Positions 48,801 to 56,964 are shown, counted from the stretch's first letter. The stretch: 64,000 nt of DNA from Schmidtea nova (GCA_044892505.1 CM097882.1:569098001-569162000), one strand, 5' to 3'. The notes: generated by a model from the letters alone, not told the origin. Numbers and translations are program-made.

Positions 48801-51800
48801 GATCAGAAGACATTACTAACCTTATTAGACAGGGGAAACATAAACATCACAAAGAATGAAGAAGAACACAAATTCGATAAAGAGAAGGAGGTCTTATTCA
48901 ACAAAATTAGGAAATGGTGTGCGAAACCACTTGATAAACTAATAACATACAAAGACATAAATAATTTTAACGATAAATACCAGACGATAGTAAGTGAGTA
49001 CGAGGAATTAGTAAAAATCTTAAACCATCCCGAAAAATGCAAACAGGTTTTGGAGAGAAAAGAAAGAGAAAGTAACAAGAAACTCACACCACTCTTCAAA
49101 GCAGAAGCACCATACCAAGCGAGACTAGATGCGATACAAGAAAAAGCAAAAGAATTGTTACCGGAATTCGAGAATAGTAAACATGCACTAGAAATACTCG
49201 GCGCATTAGTTGAAAAAGTACACGCATACGCAAAAGGAACATACAATGGTAACGACATAGTAATAATAAAAAAGGAGATGCCAGTAACATTCCTATTACC
49301 AAAAGACGGAATAATGCCCATACATAGAGCTCTACGAAATGGCAAAGATAGGAAAGTAATGGAAATTGCAAGAGTAATGCTAAATTGCGGAAGCAATATG
49401 AATATGATAGACGAGAAAGGAGATACGCTTATGGTATTTGCAGCAAGGGCCAAAACGAAAACAAAGGTATTAGAAGAACTATACAAAGCAGGTGCAGGAC
49501 TTACAGGAAAGACAGATAAAGATAATTCGATATTGGATGTAGCATTATTAACACACAATTGGGAAATGGTCAATTTCATTAAAACCGTCCCAAATCAGGA
49601 AGAAATAGATCACCTAACTGATACGGTCAAGAAACCCAGTGTACTAGCAATGATGAACAACGTCGAACTAACAGAATCAATACTTACGTGGATAAATCCG
49701 AATACTAACGAACCAGCATTCAGGATTAATAAGTTTACAGAACATAACCAAAACTGGTGTATAAGAAGTGCCTTAATAACGTATAAATGGCCAGAGATAT
49801 TGAAGATGTTTATGGAAAGAAAGGATCTAAGAATCACAACCAGCCCGAAAGAAGAAAAATACACAGGCAAATGGAAAGAATTAATGAAGACATACATCAA
49901 CAATTGGATTAAGGCCAAAAAGGAAATCTTGGAACATAAATCCACTAACAAAGTAATACCGGAGCAGGTAGAAACACAAGAATTTGAGGCAAGTAATCTA
50001 ACGACATTAGCGTATGCGAAACTAATAGAAGAAATCAATGTCGAGGACGACATTTTCGACGAGCCAGGGGGAGATGACAACACAGATAGTGACGACGGTA
50101 ACAACTCAGAAAATTCAAGCGATCACGAACCACCCGATAAAGGGGAAAACGAGAGAAAAGACAAGAAACGAGACAAGGAAGGAAAGAAAGGTGAAGACGA
50201 AAAACAAAGAGATGAAGAGAGAAAACAAGGAACAAACGACCAAGGAGATAAAAATGACACCCAAAGAACAGGTTATAAATCAACCATAAAACCATTCTTC
50301 AAACCAGAATTACTATTATTAACAGTGATTTTAACGTTAATTAACCCAAGTCAAGGAATGACATGTGAAGAAAGGGCAATAATACAAATAAAAAACGCGA
50401 AAGGAATCGAACGAGTATGTTGGTCAAAAAAGGACAAAATCACGGAACAAAATAGTCCGATGGATTGCAGAATCTCAAAACACGAGCAAGAGATCATAGA
50501 GATCAATGACCTAGATCTAAATACCTGGTACAAAATATGCACCGTTAGAAAACAAAAGCATCCAAGATCACACAACACCATCGCATGTGCAAAATACCAA
50601 ACACCTAAAGCAGCCATGACAATACAACAGTCACCCAAAGGAGATTACATCATCGGAAAATGTGGAAGGACAGAGACACAGGGAACAGAAAACAAAAAAC
50701 CCCAGGCAACAGATAAGCAAACAACACCAACCCTACGAATTACAATAGAGAGGCCTGAAGCAAGAGTTGCCACAAACGAAACCGAAAGAGTGTCTTACCA
50801 AATGGAAGTATTATGTTTAGCACTCATACTAATAATGATAAAACGATTAGAGGAAGGAATAGAAATTGAAACTATGACAATAACAGAAGTAGAAGATACA
50901 CAGAGTACTAACATAAAATGTTGGGCGAGAAATAACGAGGAAATCGGCGTAAACGAAATAAGGAAAAGTCGAAAACCAACAACGAATAAAGTAATTAAAA
51001 TATCCGAAGTAAAAGCAGATAAGACGTACAAACTATGCCTACTAGAAAAAGAAACGAACAAGAAAGGTACCACAAAATGTAAAACATTTCAACCCGGAGA
51101 AGTAATAAAGTTCAGAAGGAGAACGAGGAAGAGAAATAAACAAATCAAGCGGAAAGTAAACATAACATTAGAAATAAAAGAGATAGAACCAAATGTGAAA
51201 GGAGTATGCTGGAGGAAGTACGAAAAAGAAGTAAATAAAAGAACGACACCACAATGTCGAACAAACACGGGAACAACGACAATTCAAATAAAAGGTTTAA
51301 AAAGTAAACAAACCTACGAAATATGTCTGGTAAAGGAAAATGATCAGATAACGATAAACGATCTAGAATGCGGAATATATACAACTTCATCCGGAACAAG
51401 AACCAAAACGTTAACACGGAAAAATAAAAGGAAACAACAAAACAAAGGAAAACCGAAGTACACCACTACCTTTAAAAACAATAAACAACCAACAAAACAA
51501 GAAGTTACGACGAAACCCGAGAGAAAAACATCAGCAACTCTAACATTATGGAAAATAGAGAATAAAACATTGAAAATATGTTGGATAATAGTACAGAAAC
51601 ATATAAGAAGACAATCAAGAGAGTGCAGAAAAACAAATAAAGAAATCAAGATCGAAAAACTACAATTTAATAGCGAGTACGAAGTATGCGCAATAGAAAA
51701 AATGGACGCACTAGGAAACCAACAAGAAAGATGCGAAACCTATTATACACCAGCAAACGCGACATCAAAAGGAGTAGCAAGGAAAATCGAATTCAAGGAA

Positions 51801-53759
51801 CTAAGCCAAACAAATGAACAAATGGACGCAGAAAAAACAATAATCGACCCTCAAGCAAAATGGACACCCGAAGAAGTTATCAAGGAAGTCAAAAGAAAGC
51901 AGGAGGAACGGGAACAATTAATAAGAAAACTAAAGGGACAATACGGAATAATGTTCAACCAAAGCGAATCTATACAAACAGACGAGAATAAAGAAATTAA
52001 AGAACTAATCGGCTTAGGAATATTAACAGCGACCATACCCGTAATAATCGCGTTATCAGCTATATGGATACGCAAGATAAACCCAAGGAAATCGGCAACC
52101 CAATGGCCAAATATAGACAGTACAAGCCATGGAGTTGAAATACTGGAAGAAAACGCACGAGAAGAACCAAAACCGACCAGGAATAAGAAAGAAGCAAAAA
52201 TCGCAAAACCAGGAATGAACAACAAAGACAAGGAAATAAAAGAGATTAAAGGAGAAGAGAAAAAATATGAAAGGCGAACCAGAAGCCTACCGCAGAGTTC
52301 AAAATGGTTGGGTCTAACAATAATATTGACATTAATCAATAGGGAAGAAGCAATAAACCCACAGACAGGGATAAAAATAATAAATGTCCAGGAAGTCGAG
52401 AAAATATGTTGGTATAGAGAAGATGAACCAATTGGAGAAAATAACCCACTAAAATGCATAATCCGAAAATCCGACCAGGATATAATACGAATAGAAGAAA
52501 TGGACAGAGGAATCATGCATCGGATATGCATAATAGGAAAGGAAAAGAAGTCGGGGCTACCTAAGACAGTCGTATGCCAAAAATATGAAACGCCTGGACT
52601 CGAATGGTATAGAGTAAAACCAACAAAGAAAGAAATCAAAAACACCATAGATCGACCAGCAACTCAGATAAGAAACACAACGGATAAACCAGGAGAAGGA
52701 GAGAAAAGCACCAATAAAACGAAAGAAAGAATATCACCCCAACAGGAGTGCGTATGCATAGCATTAATACTAGCAATGTCCAAACGTATCGATAAAGGAA
52801 TAATAATAGAACAAATGGCCATAACAATAAGGAAAACAAGTAGCAACAAACTATGCTGGGGAACATACAACGAACCAAGGAAGGAATACCAAGTTCAGAC
52901 AAGCGACGAATCACAAACAAACAAGGAAATCGAAATTCAAGAAATACAAATGAATGAAGAAGGAAGTATATGTATCTGGGAGAGAGGAATCCAAGAGGGA
53001 ATAGAGCATTGCAAGACATTCCAAAAAGGAGAGATACTGAAATTCGAGGAAGAAGAATTAACAAAGACAGAAAGAACTCTGACATTAACAGGACTCGATC
53101 AGACAGTTAAAGGAATATGTTGGACAAAGCATAACCCAGAAGGGGAAGAAGACAACCTAACCCACTGTAAAGAAACAGGGAATAAAGAAAAAGTCGAATT
53201 AAAGAAAATGGAAGTAAATAAGACATACGCGATATGTACTTTCACTAGAAAAGGTTCAGAAAAACCAGAATGCGGATTATATCAGATCTCAGAGAAACTA
53301 CAACAACAGATCGAACCAGGAAACGTAGAAAACCGAACAAAAGAAAATAACGTCAAACAACTACTAAATCGCCATTGGTCTACACAAGAAGTAATGAACA
53401 AAGTCAAGAATCAAGTACAGAAGGAGAAGAAGCCAGAGGCTCAAACCCAAAATGAGATAAAAGCGAATCAGAATAAAATCAAAGCAACAAACCGTGGAAA
53501 AACAGTAATAGGATTAATTAGTATAGGAATATTAATAGCATATGGGATAATGACGACAAGCATGATAATATATTGGAGATACAGAAAGAGAAACAAAGCG
53601 ACAGCCATACAATGGCCAGATATTAAAATTATGAAGCAAAGAATAGAAATACCAGAAGAGATACAACAAGAATTCCAAAGAAGAACGAAAGGTAAAGAAT
53701 TCTGGAAACAAATAGAAGATGAAGAACGATACGAGGAAAAGACGATAATGATGGTATAG
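36849..53759 (+). CDS. gag-pol: Giant polyprotein (5636 codons; first ATG 37281): Gag with 3 CCHC, UBL-like x4, AT-hook, Bcl-2-like, glycoprotein, PR, RT, RH, IN, ankyrins, FN3-like/TM modules
   Basis: CCHC 37992-38144; DTG 44679; YIDD 45894; TDASG 46338; IN HHCC/DDE ~46984-47500; GPY ~47910; 16.9 kb without a stop. Confidence 0.97.
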   Translation: MRKGAKSVAIKPTKKQKAGKDNHKNPQGSKARKIIRDKSIIENDKLSVVSNSSSNKENQAEPKENQTSEIESDETNNDNIEELENEVEPEVETNESDNESIISDNIIIRETESDSSSSETEDEHNNELETRRNESKITQDSGIEMSEPREEIKDKFPGEPFNGDASKLEIFLKEFGIFVEVCKWKAETTASRIQLYLKDSALDLYLEAKNGTNPPTSWTAIKDFFQQTFGINKVLSEAFIEFSMRKQKMNESNAVYASELKKLAKSVFKDGGPINEELMAAIFIGGLRRPDIRAQVGCQGCKTIDQALETANRFELHMIGSEGRIYLAMDTAQTEPEVNLNNHIPNSQQLNRPPPQRRNEGNKAQNFESQNNYNPPRQTKQCKTCGKLGHWQQECYQNLNCGKCGVKGHSESRCSTIICFNCGRPGHYSRNCGQKSNQRGNWQSNGNRPNYGNQANTVNRPDYGNQQNNNNNNQNKTTPKEIHLMQEVQRLTELINNTTRGNPQTNQQQISMMRKIESENERLNRESQARHAQEWARIQREDEQKQQERERQPLRINMLRATNQTDTREKEITLEMNSIDPNPADNESRKEIVQKDEEVEKEAEKGVETEINQEERKEIWKKGMMVIMPNDHMFRFQYNAKEEVKVLFNKVNQMIPGVTKLPREAFLQIEGAPSVKLKLTDIWENMGVVETKRNVMRIKEIEPEEIPPPIRHETRIRRIFEGKMIRRRLKEIDELGKKMEKVEVIEDKSEPTLEIDKNEPEPTENIQGETNQIAHINMLRNTTREFSDEEEDSDISSLAGDILNESEDENKEREVIKTSEPTQIKVDEIQKLLDNSLEVIYNEEFMDKKQYRKFMKALLQMNYKEWLQDREVDMLNRYVGKLIEEPLLNYTISIIINTSTPRIWIKTPFTDDIYRWVEDRLGSSYKNKFIYSQNRLVKKRTHLVETGIWPGEITLLSICDEKEEENLQEVAREANTCFERRIKPRLEYEKERVLRKNLNSLIEQIIPQVKKHRKELMRSEYEKLKQCIECIRDTSHTRWSQISHDKLIAKMGKTIFRQGKITDLKISVELPNEDTKEIEVVADCTIKELINIINETLVQREPEDEWEDDIIIQYNEHVLWDHDERRLYKIGIWDNHQTIHVIRMDDTPRETAKDEKRERERRKEVVRKLQQIVDIYRNWRIWPEWENVLGELNLNRRRRTPVEKQWNEKGKCWVPKEGEYEEEYERGMEDDCESEMRRVCMVTRKATPIDLDGPETAAIWVEKEKQKTEEFVEILKTNAHGKRKIIKGLADFFVVNGEDITCLRKVAKAIAEYKRVNEWCPEQLDHVIRKWRNQEFSQEIPQKVHLRIIYPNKDKEELWVGIAEKIRDIKKKLRYEPPFHLQHQGRSLDNSLEIGITPVQLDLMNTLTVEAIAGQPLKRKEENHKPHGSISTPSPMELVPTTGTSSRRSETTPRGNREMTPPQPYDVDEILTDSDDMIEELTELTKEKDDNIFERIQELPTTVQVTNTGETEVEEEIIIEEVNDLTEDETRGANVENVRLTQEMERWLEERANEPRDVTEETGRATRFVETGTGMDRRPRGRPKTDPANVVIRNKDEKRQDQWEVCLKKLNKIAEIKEKETTPICQGEEWISKTIMEILAIIDPELKKYWRITEISEKAKSLHSAIAPILPEFIKEKTKSNHLDWQGTTTLIKKLTEGAETDNKYVIAIAYTIYNLLTLSRGRPKPTALERHIKNTAKIITREIEPYIINKGGWETFIKTNQKKTQAKNMKKKFEKILEELEKEQTGTGNAKSSMNLSSIIMMMLIWMISTDSATAFEVFDCDQMKLGEKYSLRGTEQCKDATPVELQKIKKEQWYHVYQEAELIKTMVNECKVQKTRFAFYCGRGHYSAIVMPGTEREPIVLQGEDCEALFKHGEVTTRDKIKIKGKPGMMMQQTYYVAGRITGGEGYCQGETYPMFGTLATNLVVMDTYIVELKSYEAFFEPTTGEMKTLSMCKIDRSMCQTGMSTLVYKPKVNECQLQLLQGAKFDEIQGKTFQEEDDDDKDRAKHLKEALENKRQLKPDHREKRIEMRATPTVLITTNQDVGMRFIKGKATLKCSTTVYETNYPGIYVSKQEVPNAKPKIDTMDIKLHLYVNNKMDFLFHRGQASLQKVYYDLINNDCILNREILKTKLAVAITNPDSAMPLLPLREGHFGRVVGEAMYVYICEKTHASLAATTQLKPGTCTNELEIDYKGKVRYVQPVTRIINPPGFEPNPFNCSNAYGPLYQKPDGKWVMFPGRSEVIAPREFELMQLSKDRQFSDVDVSNNGIYSPKDLEAARQNILFPARREALLSNIVTITGGTDYREGPNYELLLSPAHFKKATENMMKAMWGRFLIFGQMMAGILGVILIIQIVRVIITQMLACFDIYKREKKVNWKMVVGFLPFLAKTMVLHGHSKDIHRIKRLLKILAKMKGTDEEVGRKFKKIMNDEQARQQLKRERKGLWERVKGYKTQNDSSDDDDDDDDYKGGQVYKNQAPQYIEKNPADAWKCYAPPPTMYQEPLQGGKNSTMQMMPMTNVYPMIPEDYKMRRCRSVDPQGDTHTIAVMSSNTGPVLTTTIEINGREIEAMIDTGANISAIDIKWIPQEQRRDIERTNVHVIACSKEVVEVAGRWWVKIRHLNTEIDTYVAVIPALSVPCIIGTDLMPALFKEIVIDLGTMRLKDRTGQICAIEAKVTSSKQMIIPARKEKICYVKIDPTIQGDMIFEPSKRFEKRKALPMARGLVNINNNGEIPINVVNFDEEDKIIYENERLGKLTPMMDIELPIAGAEKDKEPTWNIDSELLNEDQRKQLEKLLMEYKDIFAASDLDLGTCDVTLHTIPLTDETPIALRPYKLAEAQKAVAEAEVKKMLDAEVIEPSCSPWQFPVVMVKKKDGTQRFCIDYRRLNTVTKRDTYPLPDINEMLLTLQGAAYFTSLDLKSGYWQIKMKEEDKEKTAFTIGRDLYQFRKMPFGLTNAPASFQRCMNFVTHGIKQCMVYIDDLLIYSSTFEQHIQDIRDVFVRLRQWKLKLKPSKCDWAKEKVTFLGHIVSAKGKEPDPRNIDKVKECPVPKTITQIQEFLGLCGYYRKFIKDYAGIAKPIQELVKKDVSFIWGDEQQTAFETLRDKLITAPILVHPDFKKPFLLATDASGYAAGAVLGQYDDEGKERVIGYYSRTFKKHEKNYSVTEREALAIILAIKHFKYLLWGHIICITTDHQPLVWLGQHKETSSRLMRWAMQLQEYSPDIKFKSGRANANADCMSRLTFPELTDPDVQRICVLIAEDLDFSELKKDQQEDRELGQIIEFLTSRNMEVFKDNKELKEHIGKYQHRYIINKGWLLIQDGEKRLMCLPENRRKEIMIQYHDGKLGGHMSEKKTINRMRQKYYWRTMEEDIKEWIKNCLTCATRKDSGRKWKNPLQPMPIPAEPMTTIAMDVIGPLPESLNGNIYILVITDYLTKFPEAFAMQDQKAKTVAKILVEEICCRYGTPKQILTDQGTNFMSELLNEVTNYFRIAKLRTSPYHPQTNGQTERFNGTLIRMLSNYVSRHQTDWDEYIKLCLMAYRMSIHAATKLSPFQLMYGRECNMPIDLEYQPPLSQYMEDDDYVTKFKERMQEIWKTAELNIKFFQESYKDLHDQKKNVKANDLKPGDWVIIETPEIIPGTVKKLQRPGRGPYEIIYKKDNNAKVKLINRPLIRPIYVNTCRCKKVPKTITTTPENRIITRSQTARINMLRANTSEDDKTEIRQKEIRNKEVLLKAREIMGRWHVRDEAGISRDIRHIISRYAQGLPTEPIISELLIKIPEILLLKDVGGQPALHNAIQCKNIERAKEFLKIAKETNQNLDVGNREQETPLMTAAIYQADKEMVDLLIKARFSWTERDREDKTVLNHAIWSSHQLMLEYIIANSTWEIDELIKGDLIKEAIKIGKCNTIRKLIEWKRPEEDTWVLDINEVYSEGQNALLRYLLKFTCDQKTLLTLLDRGNINITKNEEEHKFDKEKEVLFNKIRKWCAKPLDKLITYKDINNFNDKYQTIVSEYEELVKILNHPEKCKQVLERKERESNKKLTPLFKAEAPYQARLDAIQEKAKELLPEFENSKHALEILGALVEKVHAYAKGTYNGNDIVIIKKEMPVTFLLPKDGIMPIHRALRNGKDRKVMEIARVMLNCGSNMNMIDEKGDTLMVFAARAKTKTKVLEELYKAGAGLTGKTDKDNSILDVALLTHNWEMVNFIKTVPNQEEIDHLTDTVKKPSVLAMMNNVELTESILTWINPNTNEPAFRINKFTEHNQNWCIRSALITYKWPEILKMFMERKDLRITTSPKEEKYTGKWKELMKTYINNWIKAKKEILEHKSTNKVIPEQVETQEFEASNLTTLAYAKLIEEINVEDDIFDEPGGDDNTDSDDGNNSENSSDHEPPDKGENERKDKKRDKEGKKGEDEKQRDEERKQGTNDQGDKNDTQRTGYKSTIKPFFKPELLLLTVILTLINPSQGMTCEERAIIQIKNAKGIERVCWSKKDKITEQNSPMDCRISKHEQEIIEINDLDLNTWYKICTVRKQKHPRSHNTIACAKYQTPKAAMTIQQSPKGDYIIGKCGRTETQGTENKKPQATDKQTTPTLRITIERPEARVATNETERVSYQMEVLCLALILIMIKRLEEGIEIETMTITEVEDTQSTNIKCWARNNEEIGVNEIRKSRKPTTNKVIKISEVKADKTYKLCLLEKETNKKGTTKCKTFQPGEVIKFRRRTRKRNKQIKRKVNITLEIKEIEPNVKGVCWRKYEKEVNKRTTPQCRTNTGTTTIQIKGLKSKQTYEICLVKENDQITINDLECGIYTTSSGTRTKTLTRKNKRKQQNKGKPKYTTTFKNNKQPTKQEVTTKPERKTSATLTLWKIENKTLKICWIIVQKHIRRQSRECRKTNKEIKIEKLQFNSEYEVCAIEKMDALGNQQERCETYYTPANATSKGVARKIEFKELSQTNEQMDAEKTIIDPQAKWTPEEVIKEVKRKQEEREQLIRKLKGQYGIMFNQSESIQTDENKEIKELIGLGILTATIPVIIALSAIWIRKINPRKSATQWPNIDSTSHGVEILEENAREEPKPTRNKKEAKIAKPGMNNKDKEIKEIKGEEKKYERRTRSLPQSSKWLGLTIILTLINREEAINPQTGIKIINVQEVEKICWYREDEPIGENNPLKCIIRKSDQDIIRIEEMDRGIMHRICIIGKEKKSGLPKTVVCQKYETPGLEWYRVKPTKKEIKNTIDRPATQIRNTTDKPGEGEKSTNKTKERISPQQECVCIALILAMSKRIDKGIIIEQMAITIRKTSSNKLCWGTYNEPRKEYQVQTSDESQTNKEIEIQEIQMNEEGSICIWERGIQEGIEHCKTFQKGEILKFEEEELTKTERTLTLTGLDQTVKGICWTKHNPEGEEDNLTHCKETGNKEKVELKKMEVNKTYAICTFTRKGSEKPECGLYQISEKLQQQIEPGNVENRTKENNVKQLLNRHWSTQEVMNKVKNQVQKEKKPEAQTQNEIKANQNKIKATNRGKTVIGLISIGILIAYGIMTTSMIIYWRYRKRNKATAIQWPDIKIMKQRIEIPEEIQQEFQRRTKGKEFWKQIEDEERYEEKTIMMV

Positions 53760-53884
53760 GGGCGGATTATGACTGTAAATAATAGTGTAAATAACAAAGC
53801 ATTACCGTAATAGTATGGGTATCGATATTATAAAAGTTGTAAAAAGATAGAAAAGCAAAGTAAATGATGTATATAATTTAGAAA

Positions 53885-54241
53885 ATGACCGAACAAGACG
53901 AAACCACTGAAATAACTATGGCTATGAGATGGAAAGCACAATGCGATTTATTAGTACGAACAGTCAACTCATTACAGAACCAATTAGCGGAAAAACAAAT
54001 GTTACTATCTGAAAGTTATAACAACTGTTTCGAACAATTACACAGAATAGAAGAACAACAAAGAGTGATAACCGAACTCACCAGAGAAAATCAAAATATA
54101 AGCAATATCAATCAAAGACAAGCAATAGAAATAAACCATTTAACACGAGGAGAAAGAGAAGGATCCGAAGAAGGATGGATGAGTTGGGTAATAAATAGAC
54201 TACACAACGAAGCGGAACCAGATTCAACGAACGAGCCATAG
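53885..54241 (+). CDS. Accessory coiled-coil protein, 118 aa
   Basis: ATG in TTTAGAAAATG context; heptad-rich Q/E/N sequence; element-like codon bias. Confidence 0.75.
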   Translation: MTEQDETTEITMAMRWKAQCDLLVRTVNSLQNQLAEKQMLLSESYNNCFEQLHRIEEQQRVITELTRENQNISNINQRQAIEINHLTRGEREGSEEGWMSWVINRLHNEAEPDSTNEP

Positions 54242-54334
54242 ATAAATAAAGCGGAAAATTGTAAATATGTAAAAATAAAAACAAGAAAAACCAAAAAATA
54301 AATGACAAGTCGAATGTATATATTATTGTAGAAA

Positions 54335-55711
54335 ATGGACAGAGAAGAACGAATAATCGAAATTTTGAGATTAGAAAACAGAAAATGGAGCAAGAGGCTC
54401 ACATGCGGAAAATGTAACAATTTATTACGAGAACCCAGACAAACGATATGTGGATGTAGAATATGTACAAAATGTATACAAGAATTAGATGCAACAGGAA
54501 TAACAACATGCCCAGAATGTAAGGAAGGAAGAATAGTGTTGGACGAAACCAGAACGGACAAAGCAACCCAAAGAGAAATTATGAGCACCACAACGGAGTG
54601 CGTAAATACACCTTGTACATGGCAAGGACAAATAAGTAATCTAGAAAATCATATGGAAAAGTGCGAGGAGAAAAGAGCCGAATGCGAGAAGTGCCAACAA
54701 ACAATAATTCTAAAGAAGAGAGAACAACACAAGGACGAATGTAAAGAAGAAGAAATCGCATGCGAGTATTGTGAAACTCGAGAAACAAGGGGAAAAATCG
54801 AAGAAGAACATTTGAATATAGCAGAGGAGAAAGTATGCGGACAATATGTAAGTAAATGTCCAAACAATTGCGAAATAACAGAAGAAATAAAGTTACATGA
54901 ACATTGGAAAGTATGTACCGAAAGGCCAAGAGAATGCCCATATAACAAGCATGGATGCAAGGAAAAGCGGACGCGACAAACAATGAACAAACACCTAGAA
55001 GAAGCAGCACTAACGCATGTGGAAATGACAAACGAAACGACAAAAGAAACGGAACAGACAATCCAGAAATTAGAAAAAGAAGTAGAATCACATAAGATAA
55101 TGATGAGTTTACTACTAGAAACAAGAGAGCAGTTTGAACTAACTCGCGAAAGAATGGAAAAGAAAATAATAGCCATAGAAGAATTAGGAAAAGGAATGAA
55201 AATACAATATAATCAATTAATACGAGAAATTGACGAAAGAAGGGACTTACCAATCGCACCTTACCTATGGAAAGTAACAGATTTCAGAGACAAACTAGCA
55301 GAAGCCAGAAATATGACGAAAACAGCAGTAATAAGCCCACCATTTTATTTATGGAAAAACGGGGTGAAAATAAGATTGAAAGTATACCCAAATGGAGACG
55401 GAAGAGGACAAGGAACACACGTGTCAATATTTTTCTCGCTATGTAAAGGAGAATACGATGACCTAATAGAATGGCCCTTGAAAGTAGGAGTCATTATAAG
55501 AATCAAAAGTCTGGGAAAACCAGTAGAAAAATTCTTTGAAACAGACAAACATACGAGTACAAGTGAAAAACCAACAACGGAATGCGGACTAGCAGCAGGA
55601 GAACCAATGTTTATAAGGACAGAAAACCTATGGGAGCGACTATATGCAGACACGCTATACATAGAGATGGAGAGGCATGAGAAAACAGACAGAAAAGGAT
55701 GGTTGGCGTAA
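54335..55711 (+). CDS. TRAF: Full-length intronless TRAF-like protein (RING, TRAF zinc fingers, coiled coil, MATH)
   Basis: RING CGKC...EPRQTICGCRICTKC...CPEC; Zn fingers H..KC...C..C; MATH YLWKVTDF...SPPFY...KVYPNGDGRGQGTHVSIFF...GEYDDLIEWP. Confidence 0.95.
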   Translation: MDREERIIEILRLENRKWSKRLTCGKCNNLLREPRQTICGCRICTKCIQELDATGITTCPECKEGRIVLDETRTDKATQREIMSTTTECVNTPCTWQGQISNLENHMEKCEEKRAECEKCQQTIILKKREQHKDECKEEEIACEYCETRETRGKIEEEHLNIAEEKVCGQYVSKCPNNCEITEEIKLHEHWKVCTERPRECPYNKHGCKEKRTRQTMNKHLEEAALTHVEMTNETTKETEQTIQKLEKEVESHKIMMSLLLETREQFELTRERMEKKIIAIEELGKGMKIQYNQLIREIDERRDLPIAPYLWKVTDFRDKLAEARNMTKTAVISPPFYLWKNGVKIRLKVYPNGDGRGQGTHVSIFFSLCKGEYDDLIEWPLKVGVIIRIKSLGKPVEKFFETDKHTSTSEKPTTECGLAAGEPMFIRTENLWERLYADTLYIEMERHEKTDRKGWLA

Positions 55712-55823
55712 TGAAGGAAGTAACCATGTAAATAAAATGTATAGAAACAATATGAATTAACAAATAATCAAAAACAATAAAATAAAAAATGATTAAATAT
55801 TCTTTTTATCTGTAATTATAGAA

Positions 55824-56885
55824 ATGGGAAATATAGAAGTAACCTTACAAGAAGTAACCGTACATCAAGACGAAATGATCAGAAATCACATGGAGCGGAT
55901 TGGGATATGGATTCACGCCTATTATCGTAAACAGGAAGAATTGGAAAGACAAACCGAAGTACTAAGAGAAGCTGAAGAAAGGAATCAAAGAAGTAGAGAA
56001 AAAATAGAGGAAGTCTATAAATTACTGAGGCAACAAAACGAATACTACAAAGGAATGATGAAAGAGCGACGAGAGGATAGAGATAGACAACAGATAAAAA
56101 CAGACCACAAGATCCAGTCAATCACCGAACAAGCAAGATATTGGAAGAAAGAGGCAAAAGACTCTTACAAGGAAGCAAGGGAGATAATTGAACGAACAGC
56201 GTATAGCGATGATTGGAAACTGTTTAAAGAGATCGATGAATTAAAAGAGGAATTAGGGCAAAAGATCAGTCAAGAAGCGTCAAATAAGGTATGGAGTAAG
56301 AAAAGACAACAATTCATCAGAGAACAAGCCAAGAAAATTAAAGAACTAACTTATCAAGTGCAAAGAATGGGAGATGATTTAGCCAATCAAGAACAGTTAA
56401 AAGGTATGCTGACCGGAATGTGGAATCACAAGGAGGAAAACATGAAAAGAGATATAAATGGATATCAAGGAGTGATTACCCAGAAGAAAATAGAATTAAA
56501 AAGGACTAAAGAAAGAATGGAAGAAACAAAACAGAGTTATGAAGAAAACATAACCAACTTGACAAAAGAAAACGAAGATCTGAGAAAGAAACTAACAGAA
56601 AAACCAGTACCCACAAAGGAAACAAGTATCACAGCAGCAGTGACCGAAATGATAGAGAAAGAAGAGAGAGAGAAAAAATTAGCAGAACTAGAAAAACAAA
56701 TAGAAACCCTAACAGAGCAGGCGAACTATCTGGAATACTTATTAGATGAAGAGATCCAGATATCCCACACGTACCGAGAGGAAGTGGAAATGTGGAGGAG
56801 TACGGTAATATGGATGCCACTCCCCATAAACCAGGTGGAACCTCAAGACGAAGGTTTTCACGAACCTAACGAAACCCTCGTGTAA
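55824..56885 (+). CDS. Long coiled-coil protein, 353 aa
   Basis: E/K/Q-rich heptads along most of its length; TATAGAAATG start context. Confidence 0.85.
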   Translation: MGNIEVTLQEVTVHQDEMIRNHMERIGIWIHAYYRKQEELERQTEVLREAEERNQRSREKIEEVYKLLRQQNEYYKGMMKERREDRDRQQIKTDHKIQSITEQARYWKKEAKDSYKEAREIIERTAYSDDWKLFKEIDELKEELGQKISQEASNKVWSKKRQQFIREQAKKIKELTYQVQRMGDDLANQEQLKGMLTGMWNHKEENMKRDINGYQGVITQKKIELKRTKERMEETKQSYEENITNLTKENEDLRKKLTEKPVPTKETSITAAVTEMIEKEEREKKLAELEKQIETLTEQANYLEYLLDEEIQISHTYREEVEMWRSTVIWMPLPINQVEPQDEGFHEPNETLV

Positions 56886-56964
56886 ATGAGCGGAAACCAA
56901 TTGTAAATAGATGATGTAAAATAAAAAGCGTCAAGCTGTATTGACTCCTATGTAAAGATAGAAA

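Noticed and set aside
36751-56820. Many minus-strand ORFs overlapping the polyprotein and accessory genes
   Set aside because: F/S/L/I-rich shadows of the A-rich sense strand with no motifs; no evidence for antisense genes
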